Below, piece by piece: positions 29,745 to 42,469 of a DNA stretch of 64,000 nt. Source of the DNA: Chrysemys picta bellii. Its lineage: Eukaryota. Both the position numbers and the translations under genes were made by a program. The notes below the pieces were generated by a model, which was not told where the DNA came from, did no database searches, and saw nothing but the letters and a program-made list of their open reading frames with translations. Numbering within the stretch: the first letter of the stretch is position 1; every line of letters starts with the position of its first letter. The DNA is taken from contig NC_088794.1 in NCBI RefSeq assembly GCF_011386835.1, positions 3,038,001-3,102,000 of the forward strand. Direction: 5' to 3'.

Positions 29745-31010
29745 TGGCGCCCCCTAGCACCAGGCTGGGATATGGGGCAGGGACCCCTGGGGGCACGGCG
29801 CCCCCTAGCACCAGGCTGGGATATGGGGCAGGGACCCCTGGGGGCACGGCGCCCCCTAGCACCAGGCTGGGATATGGGGCAGGGACCCCGGGGGCACGGC
29901 GCCCCCTAGCACCAGGCTGGGATATGGGGCAGGGACCCCTGGGGGCACGGCGCCCCCTAGCACCAGGCTGGGATATGGGGCAGGGACCCCTGGGGGCACG
30001 GCGCCCCCTAGCACCAGGCTGGGATATGGGGCAGGGACCCCGGGGGCACGGCGCCCCCTAGCACCAGGCTGGGATATGGGGCAGGGACCCCTGGGGGCAC
30101 GGCGCCCCCTAGCACCAGGCTGGGATATGGGGCAGGGACCCCTGGGGGCACGGCGCCCCCTAGCACCAGGCTGGGATATGGGGCAGGGACCCCTGGGGGC
30201 ACGGCGCCCCCTAGCACCAGGCTGGGATATGGGGCAGGGACCCCTGGGGGCACGGCGCCCCCTAGCACCAGGCTGGGATATGGGGCAGGGACCCCTGGGG
30301 GCACGGCGCCCCCTAGCACCAGGCTGGGATATGGGGCAGGGACCCCTGGGGGCACGGCGCCCCCTAGCACCAGGCTGGGATATGGGGCAGGGACCCCTGG
30401 GGGCACGGCGCCCCCTAGCACCAGGCTGGGATATGGGGCAGGGACCCCTGGGGGCACGGCGCCCCCTAGCACCAGGCTGGGATATGGGGCAGGGACCCCT
30501 GGGGGCACGGCGCCCCCTAGCACCAGGCTGGGATATGGGGCAGGGACCCCGGGGGCACGGCGCCCCCTAGCACCAGGCTGGGATATGGGGCAGGGACCCC
30601 TGGGGGCACGGCGCCCCCTAGCACCAGGCTGGGATATGGGGCAGGGACCCCTGGGGGCACGGCGCCCCCTAGCACCAGGCTGGGATATGGGGCAGGGACC
30701 CCGGGGGCACGGCGCCCCCTAGCACCAGGCTGGGATATGGGGCAGGGACCCCGGGGGCACGGCGCCCCCTAGCACCAGGCTGGGATATGGGGCAGGGACC
30801 CCGGGGGCACGGCGCCCCCTAGCACCAGGCTGGGATATGGGGCAGGGACCCCTGGGGGCACGGCGCCCCCTAGCACCAGGCTGGGATATGGGGCAGGGAC
30901 CCCTGGGGGCACGGCGCCCCCTAGCACCAGGCTGGGATATGGGGCAGGGACCCCTGGGGGCACGGCGCCCCCTAGCACCAGGCTGGGATATGGGGCAGGG
31001 ACCCCTGGGG
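29745..31010. repeat. Homogeneous 51-bp minisatellite (~25 copies)
   Basis: Unit ggcgccccctagcaccaggctgggatatggggcagggacccctgggggcac, with a 50-bp variant. Confidence 0.97.
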
Positions 31011-31969
31011 CATGATGCCTGCTGTGTAGATCTTTGGGGCTCTCACCCTGCCCCGGCACATTTTGGGTGCAAGATCCATTCCCTACCTCTGTGGGGTGGG
31101 GGGGGATCAGACGTGGGGAGGACAATGCAGCTCTGTCAGGGAATGTCACATGGGGAGGGGGACGGCGGGACTGAAAAAGCAGCGGCTCCCTCCCTGGGCG
31201 AGGGGCAAATGCCCCACTCCCCCCCTCTCCCCACCCGGCCCGGTAGAGCCCAGGGGCGCGGTCCTGCCGCCAGGGGACATGTCTCCCCCTTTTGTCCCCA
31301 GCACACAAAGGCTGGAAACTGACTCTGGAGAGCGGCCCTGACCCGGGGAGCTGGGGATGAAGGGAATAGACTGAGACTGAGGGACCCAGGAGTCCTGGCT
31401 CCCCGACCTGCCCCCACCCTCTTATCACACTGCTCTTTTTCTTTCCTTCTCCTGACACATTCCTCCCGTCTGCCCCCTGACCCCCCCTTCCTATTCCCCA
31501 ACTGACCCCCTGCCCCAGACATCACGGCCCCCTGCCAAATTCTCCCCACCCAGCCACTATTTGCCTTTCCCATCAGCCTCTCCGGCTGTCTCTGAGGGGG
31601 GGTGACCCCAGGTGACCCCCGTCCCATGATTCACAGGCCCTCCTTTGAAACACTGCCCTGCAGTATTTTACACGGTGAGGATACGGGGAGGGGCAGCTGG
31701 AGAGAACCCAGGAGTCCTGGTGCCCAGCCCTCCCGCTCTAACCCACCAGAGCCCACTCCCCTCCCCGCGAACCCAGGAGTCCTGATCTAGCCCGTTCCCA
31801 CGTCCCTGCTGTCTGAAAGGACGGATTGGGCCCACCCAGGATTCAGGAGCCTTCGGGGTGTGGGGGGCAATAAGCTGATGGGAGAGGAAGTGTCCCTTGG
31901 CCGGCGGTTCCGCCACCGCGCCCTGTCTGGCAACAGAGCCCTGGCTGCCGGCTGTCTGTCTGTCCTGCC

Positions 31970-32630
31970 AAGGGCTGGGCTCCCCCCAGCTCTGCCGGTG
32001 CCCCTCACTCCCGACCCGCTGCCCCCCCCCAGCTCTGCCGGTGCCCCTCACTCCCGACCCGCAGCCCCTGCCAGCCCAGCCCAGCCCAGCCTCCCCAGCT
32101 CTGCCGGTGCCCCTCACTCCCGACCCACAGCCCCTGCCAGCCCAGCCCTGCCCCCGCCAGCTCTGCCGGTGCCCCTCACTCCCGACCCACAGCCCCTGCC
32201 AGCCCAGCCCTGTCCCCCCAGCTCTGCCGGTGCCCCTCACTCCCGACCCGCAGCCCCTGCCAGCCCAGCCCTGCCCCCCCCAGCTCTGCCGGTGCCCCTC
32301 ACTCCCGACCCGCAGCCCCTGCCAGCCCAGCCCTGTCCCCCCAGCTCTGCCGGTGTCCCTCACTCCTGACCCGCAGCCCCTGCCAGCCCAGCCCTGCCCC
32401 CCCCAGCTCTGCCGGTGCCCCTCACTCCCGACCCGCAGCCCCTGCCAGCCCTGCCCCCCCCCCCAGCTCTGCCGGTGCCCCTCACTCCCGACCCGCAGCC
32501 CCTGCCAGCCCAGCCCTGCCCCCCCCAGCTCTGCCGGTGCCCCTCACTCCCGACCCGCAGCCCCTGCTAGCCCATCCCTGGGCTCCCCCCACAGCTCTGC
32601 CGGTGCCCCTCACTCCCGACCCGCAGCCCC
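31970..32630. repeat. Sat-A array
   Basis: C-rich strand on +. Confidence 0.93.
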
Positions 32631-33189
32631 CCAATGGGTTAAGATCTCCCAGCTGATCTCGGCCCCTCCCCAGCTCTGAACCCCGCCGTGTGATATTGAC
32701 TTTGGGTGGTTCTTGGCTTGGTGCAGTAAATTTCCCCGTCTCCTGGCTCCGTGACCGGCCCTGGGGGGACAAAGCTGCGCTGGGACGTTTGCTTGAGGGT
32801 GGGGGGCGCACGTCGGAGGAGGAATCTGGGGGCTGGAAGCGTGACGGGAACGTCTCCGAGCCCCTTTGTTCTCCTGCCAGGGGCCTTGGGCGTCTGTGGT
32901 GGGAAGAAAGGGAGAGAAGGAAGGGCTCACCCAGGTGCAGGCTAGAGTGCAGGCAGGGTTTGGGGGGTGTTGCAGCTGTGGGGGGTGCTGTGCTGCCACT
33001 AGGGTGTGGGTCCTGCCTCATGGCGCTGGCGATCTCGGCTGGCTCAGCCCCTCCTGGGAGAACCCAGGTCTGATACCAGCATCAGCTAAACCTGATCCCT
33101 GGGCAGATACACGGAGGGGGGTGGATACAAACATTGAGGGGTGCAAATGGGGGGTGGAGAGGGAGAGAGAGACAGCCATAACCACTTGC

Positions 33190-33553
33190 TATAACCACTA
33201 GACCCCACTCCCCTCCCAGAGCCGGGGAGAGAACCCAGGAGTCCTGGCTCCCGGCCCCCCTTGCTCTAACTACTAGACCCCACTCCCCTCCCAGAGCTGG
33301 GGAGAGAACCCAGGAGTCCTGGCTCCCAGCCCCCCTTGCTCTAACCACTAGACCCACTCCCCTCCCAGAGCCGGGGAGAGAACCCAGGAGTCCTGGCTCC
33401 CAGCCCCCCCTGCTCTAACGACTAGACCCCACTCCCCTCCCAGAGCTGGGGAGAGAACCCAGGAGTTCTGGCTCCCAGCCCCCCTTGCTCTAACGACTAG
33501 ACCCCACTCCCCTCCCAGAGCTGGGGAGAGAACCCAGGAGTCCTGGCTCCCAG
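33190..33553 (-). repeat. Sat-B SINE-head tandem (~5 units)
   Basis: Reverse complement of the unit at 285-918. Confidence 0.9.
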
Positions 33554-33575
33554 TCCATCCTAAGCAAAACAGGAG

Positions 33576-33608
<33 letters not shown>

Positions 33609-34044
33609 CTCTCTCCCCCTGCGGGACAGGAGTGGGGGGCACCGGCAGGGCTGGCAGGGGGCCGTGGGTAGGATCGTTTAATCCCCTGTCATACATACAG
33701 GGGTCACTCCACACTGGCCGCCCCCACCCCCCGACTCTTGAGCCATGCGGGGACCCCGGGGTTGATGCTGCCCCAGGCCGGGGGGGTCCCGCCCATTTCT
33801 GTGTCCCAGCGATCCGTGCTGTGAGGGGGAGGGGGCTGGATGATGGACGTGTGCGTTGCGGGGGGGGGCAGCCTGCTCCCTGCTGTGTGTCATGGCCCCC
33901 GCACTGCGAACAGCCCAGGAGACTCCCCCCGGCATACAGAGCCTGTCCCCCACCCCTCCTATCGGCCCAGCCGGTCTGCGCACTGCCTGGGAATGGCCAG
34001 GAGAGGGCGCCAGACACCAACCGAACATCATACAGCGCTGCCGA

Positions 34045-35085
34045 GTCTGCCGGTGCCCCTCACTCCCGACCCGCAGCCCCTGCCAGCCCAGCCCTGTGCC
34101 CCCCCCAGCTCTGCCGGTGCCCCTCACTCCCGACCCGCAGCCCCTGCCAGCCCAGCCCTGTGCCCCCCCCAGCTCTGCCGGTGCCCCTCACTCCCGACCC
34201 ACAGCCCCTGCCAGCCCAGCCCTGCCCCCCCCAGCTCTGCCGGTGCCCCTCACTCCCGACCCGCAGCCCCCTGCTAGCCCAGCCCTGCCCCCCCCAGCTC
34301 TGCCGGTGCCCCTCACTCCCGACCCGCAGCCCCTGCCAGCCCAGCCCCGCCCCCCCCAGCTCTGCCAGTGCCCCTCACTCCCGACCCGCAGCCCCTGCTA
34401 GCCCAGCCCTGCACCCCCCCAGCTCTGCCGGTGCCCCTCACTCCTGACCCGCAGCCCCTGCTAACCCAGCCCTGGGCTCCCCCAGCTCTGCCGGTGCCCC
34501 TCACTCCCGACCCGCAGCCCCTGCTAACCCAGCCCTGGGCTCCCCCAGCTCTGCCGGTGCCCCTCACTCCCGACCCGCAGCCCCTGCCAGCCCAGCCCTG
34601 CCCACCCCCAGCTCTGCCGGTGCCCCTCACTCCCAACCCACAGCCCCTGCCAGCCCAGCCCTGTCCCCCCCAGCTCTGCCGGTGCCCCTCACTCCCGACC
34701 CGCAGCCCCTGCCAGCCCAGCCCTGCCCACCCCCAGCTCTGCCGGTGCCCCTCACTCCCGACCCGCAGCCCCTGCTAGCCCAGCCCTGCCCCCCAGCTCT
34801 GCCGGTGCCCCTCACTCCCGACCTGCAGCCCCTGATAGCCGAGCCCTGCCCCCCCAGCTCTGCCAGTGCCCCTCACTCCCGACCCACAGCCCCTGCCAGC
34901 CCAGCCCCCCCCCAGCTCTGCCGGTGCCCCTCACTCCTGCCCTGCAGCCCCTGCCAGCCCAGCCCTGCCCCGCCCCCCCCAGCTCTGCCAGTGCCCCTCA
35001 CTCCCGACCCGCAGCCCCCTGCTAGTCCAGCCCTGCCCCCCCCAGCTCTGGTGGTGCCCCTCACTCCCGACCCGCAGCCCCCTGT
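34045..35085. repeat. Sat-A array
   Basis: C-rich strand on +. Confidence 0.93.
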
Positions 35086-35289
35086 CCTTCTCAGTGGTTT
35101 AGGCCTATTAACAGGCGGCTCCAGAGGCCTTGCTCCCCAGGGAAGTGGGAGGTCTCAGGATTCCTGCATAACATATGCACAATGCCAGCGACCCATAGAG
35201 ACAGGGGCATGGTGGTGGGAGCCCAGAGCTGTGGTGGTGGGGAGCCCAGGTCTGGGCTGACTGTGGGCCGTGGGTTGGGATTGAGGAGC

Positions 35290-36390
35290 ATCGGCAGAGC
35301 TGGGGGGTCCCAGGGCACCGATAGCAGTGGGCCGTGGGTCGGGAGTGAGGGGCACTGGCAGAGCTGGGGGGGTCCCAGGGCACCGCTAGCAGTGGGCTGT
35401 GGGTCAGGAGTGAGGGCACTGGCAGAACTGGGGGGTCCCCGGGAACCGATAGCAGTGCGCTGTGGGTCGGGAGTGAGGGCACTGGCAGAGCTGGGGGTGT
35501 CCCAGGGCACCAATAGCAGTGGGCCGTGGGTTGGGAGTGAGGGGCACTGGCAGAGCTGGGGGGGTCCCAGGGCACCGATAGCAGTGGGCCGTGGGTCGGG
35601 AGTGAGGGGCACCGGCAGAGCTGGGGGGTCCCAGGGCACTGATAGCAGTGGGCCGTGGGTCGGGAGTGAGGGGCACCGGCAGAGCTGGGGGGTCCCAGGG
35701 CACTGATAGCAGTGGGCCGTGGGTCGGGAGTGAGGGGCACCGGCAGGGCTGGGCTACCAGGGGGCTGCAGGTCGGGAGTGAGGGGCACCGGCAGAGCTGG
35801 GAGGGGGGGCAGGGCTGGGCTAGCAGGGGGCTGCGGGTCGGGAGTGAGGGGCACCGGCAGAGCTGGGGGGGGGGGCAGGGCTGGGTTAGCAGGGGGCTGC
35901 GGGTCGGGAGTGAGGGGCACCGGCAGAGCTGGGAGGGGGGGCAGGGCTGGGCTAGCAGGGGGCTGCGGGTCGGGAGTGAGGGGCACCGGCAGAGCTGGGG
36001 GGGGGGGGGGGGGGCAGGGCTGGGCTAGCAGGGGGCTGCGGGTCGGGAGTGAGGGGCACCGGCAGAGCTGGGGGGGGGGCAGGGCTGGGCTAGCAGGGGC
36101 TGCGGGTCGGGAGTGAGGGGCACCGGCAGAGCTGGGGGGGGGCAGGGCTGGGCTAGCAGGGGCTGCGGGTCGGGAGTGAGGGGCACCGGCAGAGCTGGGG
36201 GGGGCAGGGCTGGGCTGGCAGGGGCTGCGGGTCGGGAGTGAGGGGCACCGGCAGAGCTGGGGGGTCCCTGGGCACCGCTAGCAGGGGCTGTGGGTCGGGA
36301 GTGAGGGGCACCGGCAGAGCTGGGGGAGGCAGGGCTGGGCTAGCAGGGGGCTGTGGGTCAGGAGTGAGGGGCACCGGCAGAGCTGGGGGG
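35290..36390. repeat. Sat-A array, inverted relative to 34045-35085, with variant units (gggtcccagggcaccgatagcagtgggccgt)
   Basis: G-rich strand on +. Confidence 0.93.
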
Positions 36391-37594
36391 TGACACTTGG
36401 GCTGGGATAGCTGAGGGCCCCATTGGATGCAGTTCCCCATGTTGGCCACATGGCGTCAGTGCTGCATACCTGCAGGTGTGCTGGGGGAGGCGGTGGGATA
36501 CCTGATACCAGGTGAGAGCCCAGAGCGCCAGATTCGGCTCAGTGACTGCTCTGTTCCCAGGTGCCCCCCCACCCTGGTCTCCCAGCCAACTGTTTCCCTG
36601 GCAACGGGCTCCTATCTCCCAGCTGAATCGGCCTGGGCCATGGTCACACATAGCAACGACCTAGAAAAGCAGTCACCAGTGGTGGTTTCCCTTTCCCCCC
36701 CATGCCTGGGTTTGGCAGTTTCAAGTTACCCCCTGAGCCAGCCAGTGCCCGCCCTGGGGCTGGACTGGAGCCAGCGCCCCCTAGAGGGGAGAGGCCCCAT
36801 GTCCCATTCCCTGCCCCCCTGAGCCAGCCAGTCCCCGCCCTGGGGCTGGACTGGAGCCAGCGCCCCCTAGAGGGGAGAGGCCCCATGTCCCTTTCTCCAC
36901 CCCGAGCCAGCCAGTCCGGCCCCCCGGCCCCTGGCTGGAGTCACAGGCTGTTTGCTCGGTAGTTAATTTCTTATCAGCAGATCTGAGCCGTGTGTGCCCA
37001 GCTCCCCCCTTATCAGCCCAGGGACCTGACCGGTTGCTAAAGGGACACAGGAATCCCGTTAGCCGGCCTTCCCTCTGACCCCAGGGCCCCAGCGTGGGGC
37101 TAGGGGTGCTGTGCTGTAGGGACTGTCACGGGTCCCCAGTGCCCTGCCTCAGAGCCGGCCCCGTCCCCGCCAGCCCCCTGCAGCAGCCTTTGGCAGGGGG
37201 AGTGTGGGGCAGCCAGGCATGTGTTTATTAGAATCTCTGTTTTCCCATGGCCTGGAGGAACAAGCTGCTGGTGATTCGCCCCCTCCGGAGCCCACCTCCT
37301 CCCCCCTCCAGCGTGGGGGCGGGCAGTGTCCAGGCACAAGCTAACAAAATAACTGTTCATTCTCCAGCACACCTCGTGCCCTGGTCGCCATAGAGAGCCC
37401 AGTGCCCTCCCACGCCTCCCCCGTCCCGCCCACTCACCTGTGGAGGCCTCATATACCCCCCCCACCTCCCCCGCTCACAGGATCAGTCCAGGGAGAGGTG
37501 GTGACGGCAGGGAGAGTGAGCCCTGGTGATAAACAAGAGCCTTGCCCTCTCCGGGGTGGAAGTGCTTCAGAGAGAGACCCTGGCACGGCTGGAC

Positions 37595-37990
37595 CTGCCT
37601 CCCCAGCCATTCTCATCGGGATCCCTCTCCCGGACGTGTCTCCTCGGACGCTGCCATCCGAATCTGTCCCCTGGATGCTTCTCCCCGGCTGGTTCCTTTA
37701 GGATCCGTCTCTCACACGCGAGATCCGTCTCCCGGACACGTCTCCCCGGTGGGTCCACCAGGATCCGCCTCTCAGACACGTCTCTCTGGTTCCACCGGGA
37801 TCCCTCGCCCAGACACGTCTTCCTGGCTGGCTCCTTTAGGATCCGTCTCTCAGACGCGGCTCCCTGGCCGGTTCCATCGGGATCCGTCTCCCAGAGCCAT
37901 ATCCTTCAGAGGGATCTATCGGATCTCATATTCATGCACCTCCCATAGGGACCCGTTTTCTGGACTCGTGTCCCCAGCTGATCCCACAAA
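37595..37990. repeat. Degenerate ggatccgtctc-containing tandem repeat upstream of the claudin CDS
   Basis: Recurring ggatcc(g/c)tctc..gacacgtct words. Confidence 0.65.
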
Positions 37991-38155
37991 GAACTGTCTT
38001 CTGGCCTTGTCTCTCCACTACAACCTACCTTGCCTTGGTGTCTCCAGCCGATCCCCACACACAATTATTTCCTGGGCTTCTCTCTCTGCTCCGACGCCCT
38101 TGGGTCCCTACTAGGATCCCTGCTTCGCTCCTGTTGGCTTCCTCCTCCTCCAGCA

Positions 38156-38806
38156 ATGTCTTCTGCAGGGCTGGAGCTCTTGGGCATGGGGCTATGCATC
38201 TTTGGCTGGCTGGGCTCCATCATCTCCTGTGCCCTGCCCATGTGGAAGGTGACGGCCTTCATCGGCAACAACATCGTGGTGGCGCAGACCATCTGGGAGG
38301 GGCTGTGGATGAATTGCATTGTGCAGAGCACGGGCCAGATGCAGTGTAAGGTCTATGACTCTATGCTGGCACTGCCCCAGGACCTGCAGGCCGCCCGCGC
38401 CCTCATGGTCATCTCGGTGCTGCTGGCCGTGCTGGCCTTGCTGGTGAGCGTCGTGGGCGCCAAGTGCACCAACTGCGTGGAGGACGAAGGCGCCAAGGCG
38501 CGGATCATGATTGTTTCCGGTGCCGTCTTTGTGGTCTCCGGCATCCTCTGCCTCATCCCCGTGTGCTGGTCGGCCAACACCATCATCCGGGACTTCTACA
38601 ACCCGCTGGTGTCTGAGGCCCTGAAGCGGGAGCTGGGGGCGGCGCTATATGTGGGGTGGGCAGCCGCCGCCCTGCTGGTTCTCGGGGGGGCTCTGCTTTG
38701 CTGCTCCTGCCCACCCCGCTCAGAGAGATACCCACCCCGGGTCGGGTACATGGCGGCTGCCAGGTCTGGGGTGGGCAGCGGGGTGGACAAGAGGGACTAC
38801 GTGTGA
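38156..38806 (+). CDS. CLDN9: Claudin-9 (CLDN6/9 clade), 216 aa, CDS in a single exon
   Basis: W-x-GLW-C-C claudin signature and 4 TM segments. [26 protein letters not shown] and the C-terminal RSG..SG.DKRDYV (PDZ motif YV) match recalled CLDN9 better than CLDN6. The ATG sits 2 nt after a splice acceptor (ctcctccag|caATG). Confidence 0.9.
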   Translation: MSSAGLELLGMGLCIFGWLGSIISCALPMWKVTAFIGNNIVVAQTIWEGLWMNCIVQSTGQMQCKVYDSMLALPQDLQAARALMVISVLLAVLALLVSVVGAKCTNCVEDEGAKARIMIVSGAVFVVSGILCLIPVCWSANTIIRDFYNPLVSEALKRELGAALYVGWAAAALLVLGGALLCCSCPPRSERYPPRVGYMAAARSGVGSGVDKRDYV

Positions 38807-38814
38807 GGGGAGTG

Positions 38815-39480
38815 GAGGAGGGGATAGATGGATGGATGAGCATGTGGGTGAACAGATGAATGAGTGAACGAACAGATGAATGTGTGAAGAGTGAGGGAAG
38901 GAACAAATGAACAAGGGAGTGAATGGATGAAGGTGTGAAGAGGTGAATGAAGGAGTGAATGGATGAATTAGGGAATCAGCTAATGGCTGAGGGAATGAAT
39001 AAACCAGTGAAGGAGAGAGAGAATGCGTGAATGTGGGAGGAGATGAATGAATGAGGGAACGGAGAAACAAATGGACAAGTGGATGGATGAACAAAGGGAC
39101 TAATAGATCATGAGTAGAGGAAAACAAGTGAACAAAAGCATGGCTGAAGGAGGAAAGAATGAGTGAGTGAAGGAACGGACAAGGGTGCGAACAAATGAAC
39201 AAGCGGGCAAATGAGTGAAGGGAGGAGCAACGAAGAGGGCGAATGGATGCGGGAACAAGGGAGTGAATGAGACAACCGACAAATGAAAAAGGGAGGGAAG
39301 GAAGGAAATGAAATAAATAAAAGACAGGGAGGGGGCAGAGCAAACACATGGGGGACCAAACAAAAGGAAGGTTGAAGCCACAGAGGAAAGGAGCAAAAGG
39401 CGGCGTCAGCGAAGGGATGAACAAAGGGCTAATGGACAAAGAAGGAAGGAAGCAGCGGCCAATCCCCAGCGAATGAACAG
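38815..39480 (+). repeat. Purine-rich (GAAT/GGAT) low-complexity tract in the claudin 3' region, with AATAAA at 38998 and ~39313
   Basis: Strong A/G skew; the antisense Phe/Ser/Leu ORFs are artefacts. Confidence 0.85.
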
Positions 39481-40487
39481 ATCGGGGGGCTGCGGGGCTT
39501 GGCCAGGGAGCCCTGACCCCATGGAGCCCGGCTGGACCTCACCCTGGCTTTGTTTGCTCGACGGTTAATAATTGTCCCAGCTCCCTGGACTGAGACCTGC
39601 TAAACCACCCCCTGCACACGGGGACTGCCTGAACCCCCCAGCCTAACGGCCCCTCTAGCCAAATCCGGGGGCCCAAGATTTTGGGGGTCTCACCCCCCAC
39701 TGGGGATAGATCCAGGGCTTATTGGGTCATCACTGAGTGGGATTGGGGGGGGTCACAGGGAGTGGGTGATCCCTGGCTGTGGTTCTTTTGGGAGGACACT
39801 GAACCCCCATTTCCCGACCCCTCCAGGGAGGGGGCTCGGCCCATGTTCCTGGGGGCGTTATGGAGATAAAAGAACCAGACTAGCACCCACCGCCCTCGCC
39901 TCCTGCTTCTCATTTTGGGGCATGGGGGAGGTTGAGTTGGGGCCTGGCTGGGGAGGGAAAAGGCGGGGCGGGGCAGGGCTGATGGGAGAAATAGAATTGG
40001 GGGCTTGGTTGATGAGGGGAGGGTAAATTGGAGGAGGGGGGCAGCTTATGGGTAGGAGAATGGGGGTGTGGTTTATGAGGCAGTAAATCGGGACATGCGG
40101 AGTGGGGGTGTTGCTTGTGGGAGGAGGAGACTGCTACCAATCAGCCCCCGCCCCAGAGAGAGGGAAGAGCTGAGGTGTGTGTGTGGGGGGGCAGGGTATG
40201 GCTTTAGGGGGTGGATGCTGTATGTGTCCCTTCTCTCCCCAATCTTAGTCCATCCCCATTCCCAGGACGAGATTGGGGGTTCCCAGCCCATCTCCCCACC
40301 CCACAATAGCAGGGGAATGAAAAACACCCAGCTCCGTTCCCAGAATTCCCCTCACTGTCACCCAACCCCACCTGGCTGGCTCAGGGGGGCAGGGGATGGG
40401 ACACGGGGCCTTTCCCTCCAAGGGGCGCCAGCTCCAAGGGGGGCCAGGGACTGCCTGGCTGAGAGAGGTGGGGGATGGGACACAGGG

Positions 40488-41290
40488 CCTTTCCCCTCTA
40501 GGGGGCGCTGGCTGTGACCCACCCTGGGGCAGGGGACTGGCTGGCTCCAGGGACGGGGCCTTTCCCCTCTAGGGGGCGCTGGCTGTGACCCACCCTGGGG
40601 CAGGGGACTGGCTGGTTGCAGGGATGGGGCCTTTCCCCTCTAGGGGGCGCTGGCTGTGACCCACCCTGGGGCAGGGGACTGGCTGGCTCCAGGGATGGGG
40701 CCTTTCCCCTCTAGGGGGCGCTGGCTGTGACCCACCCTGGGGCAGGGGACTGGCTGGCTCCAGGGATGGGGCCTTTCCCCTCTAGGGGGCGCTGGCTGTG
40801 ACCCACCTGGGGCAGGGGACTGGCTGGCTCCGGGGAGGGGACCTTCCCCCTCTAGGGGGCGCTGGCTCTGACCCACCTGGGGCAGGGGACTGGCTGGCTC
40901 CAGGGACGGGACCTTTCCCCTCTAGGGGGCGCTGGCTCTGACCCACCTGGGGCAGGGGACTGGCTGGCTCCAGGGATGGGACCTTTCCCCTCTAGGGGGC
41001 GCTGGCTCTGACCCGCCTGGGGCAGGGGACTGGCTGGCTCCAGGGACGGGACCTTCCCCCTCTAGGGGGCGCTGGCTGTGACCCACCCTGGGGCAGGGGA
41101 CTGGCTGGCTCCAGGGACGGGACCTTTCCCCTCTAGGGGGCGCTGGCTCTGACCCGCCTGGGGCAGGGGACTGGCTGGCTCCAGGGACGGGACCTTCCCC
41201 CTCTAGGGGGCGCTGGCTCTGACCCACCTGGGGCAGGGGACTGGCTGGCTCCAGGGACGGGACCTTTCCCCTCTAGGGGGCGCTGGCCCT
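40488..41290 (+). repeat. ~70-bp minisatellite, 12 copies, each with CCTCTAGGGGGCGC (CTCF-like)
   Basis: tagggggcgc counted 12 times from 40500 to 41274. Confidence 0.95.
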
Positions 41291-42469
41291 GACCCGCCCA
41301 TTTTGGCTCTGCTGTTTCCCTGGATCCCAGCCCGCCCGGCCTCTCTCCCACGAGCTGGACGGGCACCAGCACATTCCTGTGCCAGCGGAGCCTTCCCTGG
41401 AGCTGGGGGCGGCTGGCACCAGGAGAGAAATCTCACATCCTCTCCCCCTCCCCCATGGGAGGGGGCCATGCTGTGTGTGTGGGGGGGGGTTCATTCAGCA
41501 GGGAGGGAGGGGTCACTGCAGCCCAAAAGCCAGGCACACAGACCCCCTCTCACCCCCGCCCCAACTCTAGGCCTGTTGGCTCATGTACTAAGCCCCTTGT
41601 TCCCCCACCTGCATGCCCAGAGGGGCTCTAACCACTAGACCCCACTCCCCTGAGCTGCTGCTCTCCACCCAACAGGCTGTTCCCCTTCAAAGCTCTGGCC
41701 CCCAGCACAGGGGGAGGGATTCCTCACCGCCAGGCAGCCTTGCAGTGGAGCAGGGAAAACAGCACCCCCACTTGGAAATAAACCCACTTCTCTGCTGCTG
41801 AGATGCAGCCACCTCTGGGGTGGGGCAGGTGCATAACACTGTGTGGCAAGAGCACCCCCTACTGAGCTCCCCGCCACCATGCAGCACAGGGCCCCGCCCT
41901 GCAGCAGGGGAGAGCACCCCCTGTTGCTTTCCACCCATTCAGACCCCGCCAATGCCTCCCTTTAACAGCATGGAATTGGTTTGACGCTGCTGCCCGGGGC
42001 ACCCGCGGAACTGCCCGCCACATGATCCTGAGGTTAAAACCCAAGCAGGGGACTGGGGAGACAACTCCTGGGTTTCATTCCTGCACCCTACCCCCTGCCC
42101 AGAACCAGAGGGTTAGAGCGGGTGGGGGAGGGGGCTGGGAGCCAGGACTCCTGGGTTCTCTCCCCAGCTCTGTCAGGGGCTGGTAGGTCAGAGCAGGGGG
42201 GAGGGGAGGAGCCGCTACTTCCCAGGGCTGCCCTCCCAGTTATCAGCCAGTCACTTCAGTCCACTCGAGCACGGTCCGGTAGCAGCTACAACCCCTAAAA
42301 GGCAGGACCTGGCGCAGATGGAGAGATTAATTGTACAGCACAAATGGCTGAGGGGTGGGGCGGGGGGGGGGTATGAAGGGAGCGGACAAACCAGCCTTGG
42401 CTAGTCTTACCCCCGCGGAGGGCTGGACACAGATCCCCACTCCAGGGAGCACAGAAGGCCATTGCTACG

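Noticed and set aside
29745-31010. Regular 51-bp array as a CRISPR or a coding repeat (LGGAVPPGVPAPYPSLV ORFs look elastin-like)
   Set aside because: No unique spacers and a eukaryotic context; ORFs are open only because the unit is a multiple of 3; no splice sites or signal peptide link it to a gene
38030-38155. 42-aa N-terminal extension of the claudin ORF
   Set aside because: Starts at a non-ATG codon in the track and covers the pyrimidine tract and acceptor; homology begins at [10 protein letters not shown] (38156)
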